Position numbers and translations under genes: made by a program
The notes under the pieces: model-generated
Told to the model about the DNA's origin: nothing
What the model saw: the letters and a program-made list of their open reading frames with translations, nothing else
Databases searched by the model: none
Assembly (NCBI GenBank): GCA_963763625.1
Contig: CAVXPH010000003.1
Location: 327,615 to 391,614, forward strand
Direction: 5' to 3'
DNA: 64,000 nt
Source of the DNA: an uncultured beta proteobacterium
Lineage (GTDB): Bacteria; Pseudomonadota; Gammaproteobacteria; Burkholderiales; Casimicrobiaceae
In this document: positions 38,064 to 47,490 of the stretch, piece after piece
How positions within the stretch are numbered: position 1 is the stretch's first letter
Layout of the letters: each line of letters begins with the position of its first letter

Positions 38064-38228
38064 ATGGTACTACTGCAAAAACTGGGCAAATGCTGCGCCT
38101 GGGTCCTGCTACTGATAGCGCCCGGTTCGTTCGTCGTGCTGCCGGCGTTGTGGCTCGTCAGGTTGCTGGCCGTTCAAGCGGCCCGCAGAAAAACCATTCT
38201 GCAACAAGCTGCGCACGGCATGCAGTGA
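38064..38228 (+). CDS. candidate small membrane protein (54 aa), not in the ORF track
   Basis: ATG 38064 lies 5 nt after GGGAGA. The translation MVLLQKLGKCCAWVLLLIAPGSFVVLPALWLVRLLAVQAARRKTILQQAAHGMQ has one TM helix followed by a basic patch. It is preceded by promoter motif copy B. Codon usage is less GC3-biased than its neighbours. Confidence 0.4.
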   Translation: MVLLQKLGKCCAWVLLLIAPGSFVVLPALWLVRLLAVQAARRKTILQQAAHGMQ

Positions 38229-38363
38229 GGTGCAGCGCGAACCGCAGGTGGGTGCACGCGCCTGCGAAGCATCAGTTCTTCTTGTCGCGGGCAGCTACCC
38301 GGTGCGGCAGCGCGTCGAGCGCCGGGTACAGCAATTGCCCCGACGGTGGGCTGCGAGTGCCAC

Positions 38364-39911
38364 TCAGGCAAAATAATCGGCGGCGGCGGTCTCGTCAACG
38401 CGTGCCTGTGGCGCCCGCATCGCGTTGAACACGGGCGTCAGCACGATGGCCAGTAGCAGATTGAGAAGCACCGTGTAAAGTGCGGTGTAACCGGGGAACG
38501 TGTGGCCGGCAACCGCGAGCGGGAAGGTCGGCGTAAGGTTTGCAGCGATTGCCATCGCTGTACCCGCAATCGTCCCCGCGGCCCAGCCGACAAGCAGTGC
38601 CCAGTCATTGAACCAGCGGGTATAGGTACCGAGCATTACCGCGGGAAGCGTCTGGATGATCCAGATGCCACCCAGAAGCTGCAGCTGGATCGCGTACTGT
38701 GTCGGCACAAAGATGATGAACACAAGCGCGCCGAGCTTGACGATCAGCGACACCCATTTGGCCATCTGCGCTTCCTGCCGGTCGGTCGGCGTCTTGTTGA
38801 CGAACTCGCGGTAAATATTGCGCGTATACAAATTCGCCGCCGCAATGGACATGATCGCCGCCGGTACCAAGGCGCCGATGCCGATGGCCGCGAAGGCGAA
38901 GCCGACGAACCAGGCTGGAAAACTATGCAGGAAAAGCGCGGGTACGGCGAAGTTATTTCCAAACTGCTTGAAGCCGGCGGCGTATTCGGGAAGCCCGGAG
39001 ACCCCGGCAGCGATGGCAAAAAAGCCAACCAGGGCGAGCAGGCCGAGCATAAAGGAGTAGCCCGGCAGCATCGCTGCATTGCGGCGGATGGCGTGGCCGC
39101 TGCTGGCGCTGAGAATCCCCGTCAGCGAATGCGGGTAGAGGAACAGGGCAAACGCCGAGCCCAGGGCGAGCGTCGCATAGGAGCTGTATGCGCCGGTCGT
39201 ATTGGCCCCGGGGACCGCCAGCAGCAGCTTCTGGGCGGGCACCGCCGCGAAGATCTTGCTGAACCCGCCGAGTTGGATCGGTATGACGATCACGGCCGCA
39301 AAAGCAGTTATATAGATCAGAATGTCCTTGACGATCGCAATCGAGGCGGGCGCCCTGAGGCCACTCGAATAGGTAAACGCCGCGAGCACCACGAATGCAA
39401 TGATCAGCGGCAGGTCAGCCGCAAAGCCCGTCCCTGAGATGCCGAGCGCGCCAACAACGACCTGAATGCCGACCAGCTGAAGGGCAATGTAGGGCATCGT
39501 CGCGACAATGCCGGTGACGGCGACCGCCAGCGCCAGCCACCGATTGCCGAAGCGGCCGCGCACGAAATCCGCCGCCGTGATGTAACCGTGCTTCTTGCAC
39601 ACGTTCCAGAGGCGCGGGAAGACCAGAAACAGGATCGGATAGATGACGATGGTGTAAGGCACGGCGAAGAAGGCAATCGCGCCGGCACCGAACGCCAGCG
39701 CAGGCACGGCGATAAACGTATAGGCCGTGTAGAGATCGCCCCCGACGAGGAACCAGGTGACAACGGTGCCAAAGCGCCTGCCGCCGAGCCCCCATTCATG
39801 CAGCTGATCGAGATCGCCCCGCCGCCACCTGGACGCTGCGAACCCCAGCCAGGTGATGAAACCGAACAGGACCAAGAAGACGGAAAGCGAAATCCAGTTT
39901 ACACCCTGCAC
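38364..39911 (-). CDS. sodium:solute symporter (SSS) family transporter (monocarboxylate/MctP-like)
   Basis: 515-aa polytopic protein with about 13 TM and SSS-like N-terminal helices (GGRRFGTVVTWFLVGGDLYTAYTFIAVPA). It pairs with an upstream DUF3311 gene, as is typical for this subfamily. Confidence 0.85.
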   Translation of the reverse strand: MQGVNWISLSVFLVLFGFITWLGFAASRWRRGDLDQLHEWGLGGRRFGTVVTWFLVGGDLYTAYTFIAVPALAFGAGAIAFFAVPYTIVIYPILFLVFPRLWNVCKKHGYITAADFVRGRFGNRWLALAVAVTGIVATMPYIALQLVGIQVVVGALGISGTGFAADLPLIIAFVVLAAFTYSSGLRAPASIAIVKDILIYITAFAAVIVIPIQLGGFSKIFAAVPAQKLLLAVPGANTTGAYSSYATLALGSAFALFLYPHSLTGILSASSGHAIRRNAAMLPGYSFMLGLLALVGFFAIAAGVSGLPEYAAGFKQFGNNFAVPALFLHSFPAWFVGFAFAAIGIGALVPAAIMSIAAANLYTRNIYREFVNKTPTDRQEAQMAKWVSLIVKLGALVFIIFVPTQYAIQLQLLGGIWIIQTLPAVMLGTYTRWFNDWALLVGWAAGTIAGTAMAIAANLTPTFPLAVAGHTFPGYTALYTVLLNLLLAIVLTPVFNAMRAPQARVDETAAADYFA

Positions 39912-39970
39912 GGCATTTTTCCCTTCGGCTCAATAGCCTGAGATCTCGGATCGCGCCATGCTTCGACGAC

Positions 39971-40174
39971 TCATTTCTCGGTCGCGAAGTAGACAACCGC
40001 AGTGAGTACCGCGCCAATGAGGACGCACAAAAGCTGATACCAGTAGAAGAATGGGATACCCAGCCAGTACGGCTCGGCCGAATTGTAGAAAGGCGGCCAT
40101 AAGACCACCAGCTGAACCACGAAGAGCAAGTACCACCAGCTCCATTTGCCCGGCTTGTTGTGCGAATCGTTCAT
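39971..40174 (-). CDS. DUF3311 small membrane protein (SSS-transporter-associated)
   Basis: 67 aa with 2 TM. WSWWYLLFVVQLVVLWPPFYN...PYWLGIPFFYWYQ matches the DUF3311 pattern. It sits immediately upstream of the symporter. Confidence 0.75.
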   Translation of the reverse strand: MNDSHNKPGKWSWWYLLFVVQLVVLWPPFYNSAEPYWLGIPFFYWYQLLCVLIGAVLTAVVYFATEK

Positions 40175-40691
40175 GAGATGTTGACGAGCCTCTCGTCGCG
40201 ACAGTTGGACGGAATGCGCGGAACGCGCGATGGGTCAGAGTTCCTCCACAGCCCCAGCATCATTTTGACTGCCTGTTGTCCTTGGTGCCGTAACCTGGAC
40301 CGCAGGGGTTGCCGATTATCTGTTCTGAGGCGTCGATCCAGACCGCGCTTGCGACCGGCCCCCAGTGCGCCATTAGCTTTAACGCTGCTCAAAAAAATGT
40401 CAAGTATAATTAATCGAAATCGGAAATCCGGTGGTCGGAACCGGGCACTCAAGCGTGGGAACGTACGAACATGTGCTCCCCCCGGTGCCCGAGGACGCGG
40501 AAGGGTTGCTCGGCGTCACGTGATCGTGCTGCCTCGGCGTTGTGGGAACCCGGCAATTCTTCCGCCGCCCGTCCGGTAGCCACACTCCCGAGGCACAGCG
40601 CGGAGAAAGCTAAACGCCCGGAATGGATGTGATGGGTATCGCCGCCGCGCCGCATAAAACGCGCTGGCTGGCGAGCAGAGGACACGAGGTC

Positions 40692-41420
40692 ATGACGTAT
40701 TGTATTGGCGTAATGCTTGACCAGGGAATGATCCTTGCCTCGGACTCCCGAACGAATGCCGGCGTGGATAATTTTGCCAAATTCTGCAAGATGACGGTAT
40801 TCGAGCGAAGCGGCGACCGGGTCATTGTTTTGTTGAGCTCAGGAAACTTGGCCGGAACACAGGCCGTGATCGGCATACTGAATCAGCGCTGCGCCGCAGG
40901 CGCCGCCTTCGCCAACATCTGGAGCGTGCCAACAATGTTCGAGGTCGCGATGCTCGTTGCCGACGCCATGCGCGATATCGAGCGCCGCGATGGAGAGTAC
41001 CTGCAGGAGAACGAAATCGGCTTCAACGCCTCCTTCATCATCGGCGGGCAGATATGCGGTGAGCCGTTACGGCTGTTCCGGATCTACTCCGAGGGCAATT
41101 TCATCGAAGCCGGTCTGGACACGCCCTACTTTCAAACCGGTGAGACCAAGTACGGCAAACCAATCATCGATCGCGTGATCACCCGCTCTACGCCGCTGGT
41201 TGACGCTACCAAGTGTGTGCTGGTGTCATTCGATTCCACCATGCGCTGCAACCTGTCGGTGGGAATGCCCATCGACCTGCTTTGTTACGAACGGGACAGT
41301 CTCGAGGTGCGGATGCGCTGCCGCTTCGACGACGGTGATCCCTATTTCACCGCGCTGAGCTACGCCTGGAGCGAAGGCACGCGACAGGCATTTCGGCAGC
41401 TGCCCGAATTGCGTTGGTGA
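40692..41420 (+). CDS. Anbu (ancestral beta-subunit) proteasome-type Ntn peptidase
   Basis: ORF 40623..41420 trimmed to ATG 40692. The N-terminus MTYCIGVMLDQGMILASDSRTNAG puts the nucleophile Thr directly after Met, with no propeptide. This is the characteristic Anbu start. Confidence 0.85.
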   Translation: MTYCIGVMLDQGMILASDSRTNAGVDNFAKFCKMTVFERSGDRVIVLLSSGNLAGTQAVIGILNQRCAAGAAFANIWSVPTMFEVAMLVADAMRDIERRDGEYLQENEIGFNASFIIGGQICGEPLRLFRIYSEGNFIEAGLDTPYFQTGETKYGKPIIDRVITRSTPLVDATKCVLVSFDSTMRCNLSVGMPIDLLCYERDSLEVRMRCRFDDGDPYFTALSYAWSEGTRQAFRQLPELRW

Positions 41421-41433
41421 CCAGGCCGGCGGA

Positions 41434-42135
41434 GTGAACGATTGCTTCCTGATCAGCTGTGAACACGGGGGCAACCGGATTCCCGCGGCCTACCAACCGT
41501 TATTCGATGGTTATCATGCGCTGCTAAATTCCCATCGCGGCTACGATCGCGGCGCGCTGGCAATGGCGAGGGAACTGGCGGCGGCTTTCAGGGCGCCGCT
41601 CGTGGCGTCGACCGTGAGCCGTCTGCTCATCGACCTCAATCGCTCGATCGGTCATCCCCGGCTCTTTTCCGCGGCGACCCGCGCAACGCCAGCGCCGATC
41701 CGCGAGCAGATTGTCGCGCAATACTACCGACCCTATCGGCTGAGAGTTGAGCGTTTCGTCAGCCAATCGGTAGCGCGCCACGGACGGGTGATCCATATCT
41801 CGGCGCACAGTTTCACAGGGGAGCTGGACGGCAGAGTGCGTTGCGCCGACGTGGGTTTGCTTTATCACCCTGCTCGGCGTGGGGAGTCCGCACTTTGCGC
41901 CCGCTGGAAGGCATCGCTCGCAGCGCTCTCTCCGGAACTCCGGGTCCGGCGCAACTATCCGTACGCCGGCAAAGGGGATGGGCTAACGTCGTATTTGCGC
42001 CTTCGCTTCTCGCGCCGCGTTTACGTCGGGGTCGAGCTCGAGCTCAACCAGAACATTGTGCTCGCTGCGGGCCGACGTTGGACGGTGCTGCGGCGCATGC
42101 TTATCGATTCGCTACGCGCCGCGTGCGCGGACTGA
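41434..42135 (+). CDS. N-formylglutamate amidohydrolase (FGase) family protein
   Basis: FLISCEHGGNRIP...SRLLIDLNR...VIHISAHSFT...GVELELNQ matches FGase/HutG-type zinc hydrolase motifs. GTG start 13 nt after the Anbu stop. Confidence 0.8.
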   Translation: MNDCFLISCEHGGNRIPAAYQPLFDGYHALLNSHRGYDRGALAMARELAAAFRAPLVASTVSRLLIDLNRSIGHPRLFSAATRATPAPIREQIVAQYYRPYRLRVERFVSQSVARHGRVIHISAHSFTGELDGRVRCADVGLLYHPARRGESALCARWKASLAALSPELRVRRNYPYAGKGDGLTSYLRLRFSRRVYVGVELELNQNIVLAAGRRWTVLRRMLIDSLRAACAD

Positions 42136-42183
42136 ACTCGGCCGCAGGACGCAAGCCAAGCCAAAGACTACCGGAGGTTCCCC

Positions 42184-42990
42184 GTGCAAATCCGCGTCGG
42201 CTTCGAAATGATCTACGAGTGCCCGCAACCCACTCCCATGATATTGAACCTGAACGTCCACTTCACACGCGTGTCGGATCTGGTTGGCCGCGATGACTTG
42301 GTGGTGGACCCGCCAGTACCGATGGCGGCGTATCGTGACAGCTTTGGCAATTGGTGCACGCGTCTGGTCGCTCCGAAGGGCCGCACCCGCATCTCGGCCG
42401 ATGCGATTGTGAACGACAGCGGAGTCCCTGACGTGATCGTTCGTGAGGCGCAACAACTTCGCGTGGAGGACCTCCCCGAGGAAACGCTGCTTTTCCTGCT
42501 GGGAAGCCGCTATTGTGAAACGGACCGGTTATCCGAGATGGCGTGGAATCTTTTTGGGCAGGCACCCACGGGATGGGATCGCGTCCAGGCAATCTGCGAC
42601 TATGTTCATCGGCAGATCACCTTCGGTTATGAACACGCGCGTATGACGCGGACGGCGCTCGAGGCCCTATACGACCGAACCGGAGTCTGCCGCGACTATG
42701 CCCACCTCGCAGTTGCATTCTGTCGGTGCATGAACATCCCGGCACGTTACTGCACCGGCTACCTCGGTGACATCGGCGTGCCGCCGCCCTACGGCCCGAT
42801 GGATTTCGCAGCCTGGTTCGAGGCTTTTCTCGATGGTCATTGGTACACGTTCGACCCCCGCAACAACGTGCCGCGCATCGGCAGGGTGCTCATTGCGCGA
42901 GGCCGCGACGCGAGCGACGTGGCGATCAGCAGCACGTTCGGGCCCAACACGCTCGCCAGCTTCAAAGTATGGTGTGACGAGGTGCGCTGA
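42184..42990 (+). CDS. transglutaminase-like cysteine protease family protein
   Basis: Catalytic Cys context GVCRDYAHLAVAFCRCMNIPARYCTGY, then the His/Asp context FLDGHWYTFDPRNN. Confidence 0.85.
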   Translation: MQIRVGFEMIYECPQPTPMILNLNVHFTRVSDLVGRDDLVVDPPVPMAAYRDSFGNWCTRLVAPKGRTRISADAIVNDSGVPDVIVREAQQLRVEDLPEETLLFLLGSRYCETDRLSEMAWNLFGQAPTGWDRVQAICDYVHRQITFGYEHARMTRTALEALYDRTGVCRDYAHLAVAFCRCMNIPARYCTGYLGDIGVPPPYGPMDFAAWFEAFLDGHWYTFDPRNNVPRIGRVLIARGRDASDVAISSTFGPNTLASFKVWCDEVR

Positions 42991-43127
42991 CCCTGAACCA
43001 TTGGAGCTTGGTGGGCGGAACGAGCCAGCGCATTGCGATTGCACCGGGTGGCTCGGTCGGGGCGCTTCGGGAGCCGGTCCCGGAGGGAGCCGCGGGTGAA
43101 ATGCGACGGGCGACGCAGAAACAACGC

Positions 43128-44012
43128 TCAACCTTGCGCTGCGGCGGCAATCCTTTGCTCAGAAGTTCTCTTGAGGTCCCAGGCAAGACCGAGCTTCGAC
43201 AGGATATAGATGGACCACTTGGTTGGATCCCAGTGATACCAGCGAACGCCGTTGCGATAATCGGTCGGGAAGCGGTGATGAAAATTGTGAAAGCCTTCGC
43301 CGTTGGTCAGCACCGCGCCGATCCAGTTATCACGCGCCGATTGCCCGCGCGCATAGCGTTGGGTACCGAAGGTATGGGCGAAGGAATTGACAAAAAAAGC
43401 GGAATGCAGGACAAGGACGATGCGCAGGCAGACGGCCATGATAAATCCTCCCAGCGGATGCCCGATCCACCAGGCAATGAGCATGGGAAGGACAAGCCCT
43501 CCGCCGACCGACCACCAGGCGTGGTAAGCGTGCTGATGTGACACCAGACGCGACCGCTTCAAATCGTTCACGTTGTTGTAGTTGGTGCGGTGGCGCCAGA
43601 ATAGTATCCAGCCGATGTGCGCGTGCCAGAAGCCCTGGTTGACGCCGTAAGGGTCATGCTCCGTATCGGTAAACATGTGGTGCTGGCGGTGCTGCGAGGA
43701 CCACTTCAGGGCGGATTCCTGGAATGACGCGGCACCAAAGAGCAGAAGAAAAAAGCGCAGGACCGCAGCAGCCTTGAACGTGGAATGCGCAAACAGGCGG
43801 TGATAGCCGACAGTTGTCGACATGCCCGTCGCGACAAGAAAGAAGAAGAACAGCACAAGTTCGGGCGCCGTCACGCCGCGGTAGTAGATGTAAAGAGGCG
43901 TTCCGATGAACGCAACGACGTGAAGAATGATGAAAAAGATGAGCCCGAGCCAGCGGACCCGACGCTGGGGCAAAGGATAGTCGTCGGCGAGTTGTATTGC
44001 GTGAGCGGTCAT
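43128..44012 (-). CDS. acyl-CoA/acyl-lipid delta-9-type fatty acid desaturase
   Basis: Three His boxes: HRLFAH, HRQHH and HNFHH. Four TM helices. Confidence 0.9.
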   Translation of the reverse strand: MTAHAIQLADDYPLPQRRVRWLGLIFFIILHVVAFIGTPLYIYYRGVTAPELVLFFFFLVATGMSTTVGYHRLFAHSTFKAAAVLRFFLLLFGAASFQESALKWSSQHRQHHMFTDTEHDPYGVNQGFWHAHIGWILFWRHRTNYNNVNDLKRSRLVSHQHAYHAWWSVGGGLVLPMLIAWWIGHPLGGFIMAVCLRIVLVLHSAFFVNSFAHTFGTQRYARGQSARDNWIGAVLTNGEGFHNFHHRFPTDYRNGVRWYHWDPTKWSIYILSKLGLAWDLKRTSEQRIAAAAQG

Positions 44013-44210
44013 GCGCTATAGGGAAATTCGTCAAGTGCTGCTGCGGCGCGCCAAGCGATCGGCGCCGCGGAGAAAGACTGCATCTCTCGGCCTTTGGGAA
44101 CGGGCGTGCCGTTTGCGGCCGGAATTCATCGCGAGAAACACCATTAGCGCCACAAAAGGCGCACCATAAAATGATATCACGATTGAGCGCTCTTGGCTAT
44201 GGGGAGCCTC

Positions 44211-45603
44211 TTCCAATGGGGTGTGAGCCTGAAGGCTGGATCGTGTTTCCAATGGGGTATGAGCCTGAAATGAGGTTTTTGGATCGATCATCACAGCATG
44301 GTGATCGATATGAACGATGTGCAACTCGTCACCCTCGAGCAGTTGCGAGGGTTTTTGGCCGGCGCCGTCGACCTCGGCCTCACCCCAACGGCCGACGCGG
44401 TGGCTCGCTATGGCCATATCAAGAGTGTGCTCAAGCGGTTCAAGTATCCGCTGCAGAGCAAAGCCCACCGCGGCTTGATCCGCCGCTATCTGCGGCGGGT
44501 GACGGGCTATTCGCGCCCGCAGCTCAGCCGCTTGATCGCGCAGTACCTGCACAGCGGACGCCTGGTGCAGCGCTACCGAGCCACCACGACGTCCTACGCG
44601 CGCAAGTTCACCCCGGAAGACATCGTGCTGCTCGCCGAGCTCGACAGCCTGCACGGCACGCTCTCCGGCCCAGCCACCCGGGTGCTGCTGCAGCGCGCTT
44701 TCCACCGCTTTGGCCAGGCCAGCTATGAGCGACTGGCCACCATTTCGGTCTCGCATCTATACAACCTGCGGGCAAAGCCCCTCTACCAACAGCGCCGGGT
44801 CCATTACAGCAAGACCCAGACCCGGCCCAGCAGCATTGGCATCCGGCGCGCGCCCGCTCCCGAAGGTCGTCCCGGGTTCATCCGCATCGACACCGTCCAT
44901 CAGGGTGATCACGACGGCCTCAAGGGGCTCTACCACATCAATGCCGTCGACATCGTCACCCAGTGGCAGTTGGTCGCCAGCTGCGAGCGTATCAGCGAAG
45001 CCTATTTGCTGCCCGTGATTGCCGAGCTCCTGGCCGGCTTCCCCTTCGTGGTCCAGGGCTTTCATTCCGATGGCGGCGGCGAGTACATCAATCACGACGT
45101 GGCCCAGCTGTTGGAGAAACTACGCGTCGAGTTCACTCGCTCCCGACCGCAGCACACCAATGACAACGCCCTGGTGGAAAGCAAAAACGGCAGCGTCATC
45201 CGCAAACAGTTCGGCTACGCCCATATCGCCCAGCGCTTTGCCCGTGACATGAATGCCTTCTGCCGCGACTTCCTCAACCCCTACGTCAACTTCCGCCGCC
45301 CCTGCTACTTCTCCATCGAAGAGGTCGACGCCAAAGGCAAGATCCGCAAGCGCTATCCGCACCAGCTCATCATGACCCCGTTCGACAAACTCAAAGCCCT
45401 GCCACCACCGCTCATCAACCTCGCACCCGGCATCACCTTCAGGAGCCTCGAACACCAAGCCCACCAAATGACCGATAATCAAGCCGCGAAGGCCCTGACC
45501 GACGCCCGGTCAAGGCTCTTCCAATCCATCCACCGTCGATCCAAAGCCGTTGCTTGACTCACCTACGAGACCTACCGAGTTCAGGCTCATACCGCTATTG
45601 GAA
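44211..45603 (+). mobile_element. insertion sequence (about 1.4 kb) with an rve-type transposase and imperfect terminal inverted repeats
   Basis: Left end TTCCAATGGGGTGTGAGCCTGAA (44211-44233) is repeated as TTCCAATGGGGTATGAGCCTGAA (44247-44269). The right end (45580-45603) reverse-complemented reads TTCCAATAGCGGTATGAGCCTGAA. I could not identify clean target-site duplications. Confidence 0.7.
44298..45557 (+). CDS. DDE transposase/integrase (rve catalytic core)
   Basis: 419 aa. The integrase core is IRIDTVHQGD...INAVDIVTQW...GFHSDGGGEYIN...RSRPQHTNDNALVESKNGSVIRK (D, D, E spacing). An N-terminal HTH-like region precedes it. Confidence 0.85.
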   Translation: MVIDMNDVQLVTLEQLRGFLAGAVDLGLTPTADAVARYGHIKSVLKRFKYPLQSKAHRGLIRRYLRRVTGYSRPQLSRLIAQYLHSGRLVQRYRATTTSYARKFTPEDIVLLAELDSLHGTLSGPATRVLLQRAFHRFGQASYERLATISVSHLYNLRAKPLYQQRRVHYSKTQTRPSSIGIRRAPAPEGRPGFIRIDTVHQGDHDGLKGLYHINAVDIVTQWQLVASCERISEAYLLPVIAELLAGFPFVVQGFHSDGGGEYINHDVAQLLEKLRVEFTRSRPQHTNDNALVESKNGSVIRKQFGYAHIAQRFARDMNAFCRDFLNPYVNFRRPCYFSIEEVDAKGKIRKRYPHQLIMTPFDKLKALPPPLINLAPGITFRSLEHQAHQMTDNQAAKALTDARSRLFQSIHRRSKAVA

Positions 45604-45784
45604 AATACTTGGGGCAGGGCCCGATTGGCGCCGGCGCTGCGGTGCAGAAGTGCACCGCGTTTCATTTTCAAACAACCTGGGCAGCTTTCGCTCGTTGCTC
45701 GCCTGCACACTGCGCACAAGCGACTGCCCTTCACAGGGGCATGCGCAGCGCTTATTCTCTTAACTGCGCTCAAACCTCGAGGTC

Positions 45785-46147
45785 ATGATGCATTCGTCTC
45801 GACCGCTTTTCTGGATCATGATGGTTGTGCTCGTCCTGACGGGCGCTTCGTGTGCGACCAGCGCCGCCGAGAGCGACTACAACACCTTCCTGGAACAGAT
45901 TGCGCGGGAATGCAAGCCGCTGATCATCGGCTCCGACGACTATACGCAGGCGATCGTCTTCAACGGCTTAGGCGTCGATCCAGGCAACTACAACAATTTC
46001 CTGATGATGACGCGGTCGCTCTTCAACGGGGGCATTCCGCCGGACATTTACCGTAGCTCGCTCACCGCCTTCATCGGCGGCGGCACTTATAACGATCGTT
46101 CCTTTAACTGCATCATGGCCCATTTGCCGAAGCCGCCAAAGCCTTAG
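45785..46147 (+). CDS. hypothetical secreted protein / possible lipoprotein
   Basis: 120 aa. Leader MMHSSRPLFWIMMVVLVLTGASC. No family recognised. Confidence 0.5.
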   Translation: MMHSSRPLFWIMMVVLVLTGASCATSAAESDYNTFLEQIARECKPLIIGSDDYTQAIVFNGLGVDPGNYNNFLMMTRSLFNGGIPPDIYRSSLTAFIGGGTYNDRSFNCIMAHLPKPPKP

Positions 46148-46361
46148 GGCCGCGCCCTCGCTCCGCACCGTTCCGGGTGGAAGGTCGATGTGGGAGCTTG
46201 CCCAACCCGGAGCGCTTGCAAGCGGATTGGACCGAGCCCAAGACGAGCAACTCCGGGCCGAGGTCGGCCTGGCCCGTGGGAACGTACCGGGCAGCGTCCC
46301 GCCGCCGGCGCGATTGACTGCCCGACCCACCGCGGCTCGCGGCCGACACCGCGAACCGGCA

Positions 46362-46607
46362 CTAGGCCTTTTTGATCAGGCGTACGAGGAAGAGCAGGAT
46401 GATCGCGCCGATCGTCGCTACGACCAGGCTGCCGATCAATCCGCCGCCGGCGGATATCCCCAGCGCCCCGAAGATGAATCCCCCGAGCAGCGCGCCGATG
46501 ACGCCGACCACGATGTCGCCGATGACACCGTATCCACCTCCGCCCATCACTTTGCCCGCCAGCCAGCCGGCAACCAAGCCAATCAAAATGAACCAGACGA
46601 ACTCCAT
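46362..46607 (-). CDS. GlsB/YeaQ/YmgE (transglycosylase-associated) stress membrane protein
   Basis: 81 aa. ILIGLVAGWLAGKVMGGGGYGVIGDIVVGVIGALLGGFIF is the family signature. Confidence 0.85.
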   Translation of the reverse strand: MEFVWFILIGLVAGWLAGKVMGGGGYGVIGDIVVGVIGALLGGFIFGALGISAGGGLIGSLVVATIGAIILLFLVRLIKKA

Positions 46608-46744
46608 CGTGCCCCCCCGCAGTCGGTTAATTTCGGCGCGGCAGACTCAAAAACCACTACGCCGCCGGTATCCCGCTTAGGTACGTCGCGCTTCGAGTAC
46701 GCGTTGCATCCGAGGGCGCTTGGGTGCGCCCTCTTCGGCTGCAA

Positions 46745-47221
46745 TCAGGAGCACGCTTTCCCATGATCGGGATGGTTCCCCGCCGCCTTGGCGGCGGCTT
46801 CGGTCATGTATGCGCCCTGCTTGGTCTTGCCATAATACTTGTCGCCCGAACAGTGGTAGACCTTCGACGCGGTGTTGACCCAGACCTGTCCGGGGCCACC
46901 GCCGGCAGCCGGCGCGGCAGGGGCAGCAGCGGTCTTGGCCGCCGGAGCCGCCGCAGCAGGCGCCATCGGCGCCGCAGTCTTGGCCGCCGGTGCGGCTGGA
47001 GCCGCCGCAGCAGGCGCCGGGGCGGCGCTCTTGGCCGCCGGCGCGGCACTGTACCAATCCTTCACGCCACCATGACCGGAACAGGCGCCACGCTTGCTTG
47101 TCGCCGTGGTGTAGCTGCCATCCTTGCATTCCCCGGTCGAGCCGGCAGGCGCCTGCGCGTAGCCCATCGCCGCTATCAGCATCCCCAGCACGATCCCTAT
47201 CGATGTCCTCAAGATTCTCAT
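46745..47221 (-). CDS. DUF3761-domain secreted protein with an Ala/Pro-rich repeat linker
   Basis: ORF 46745..47314 trimmed to ATG 47221 (GGAGAG RBS). After the signal peptide comes CKDGSYTTATSKRGACSGHGGV (DUF3761). The C-terminal motif is VYHCSGDKYYGKTKQGAYMTEAAAKAAG. The linker 46897..47050 has three imperfect 45/51-nt repeats marked by tcttggccgccgg. Confidence 0.7.
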   Translation of the reverse strand: MRILRTSIGIVLGMLIAAMGYAQAPAGSTGECKDGSYTTATSKRGACSGHGGVKDWYSAAPAAKSAAPAPAAAAPAAPAAKTAAPMAPAAAAPAAKTAAAPAAPAAGGGPGQVWVNTASKVYHCSGDKYYGKTKQGAYMTEAAAKAAGNHPDHGKACS

Positions 47222-47490
47222 TGCGCTCTCCACAGTTTGGGTGACTCCCTGCACTTCGTCGCCAGCCACGGCAGGTATGCCGCGTAGCATGCCAGAAGAT
47301 CCCCCCTGCTCCAAACCCGTCGCTTAGGGGCCGGCGCGACGGGACCATGCGGCTTCCGACCGATCGCGGGTATGCTTGCGCCGAGGACTCTCCGATCGGC
47401 CAGCATCCGAACGACGGGACCTGACCCGACGCGGCTCCGACAGCGGATCTGCGTTGCGATCCTTTGGCGCCATGCTAGGAGGAGCGAGTC

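Noticed and set aside
40175-40691. 517-nt gap upstream of Anbu, checked for a missed ATP-grasp or alpha-E gene, or a sigma-54 promoter
   Set aside because: No ORF of useful length or composition is present. It contains only an AT-rich patch (about 40380-40430) and no TGGCAC-N5-TTGC match on either strand.
44031-44756. 241-aa minus-strand ORF across the IS left end
   Set aside because: It is antisense to the transposase gene, crosses the IS boundary and has no recognisable domain.
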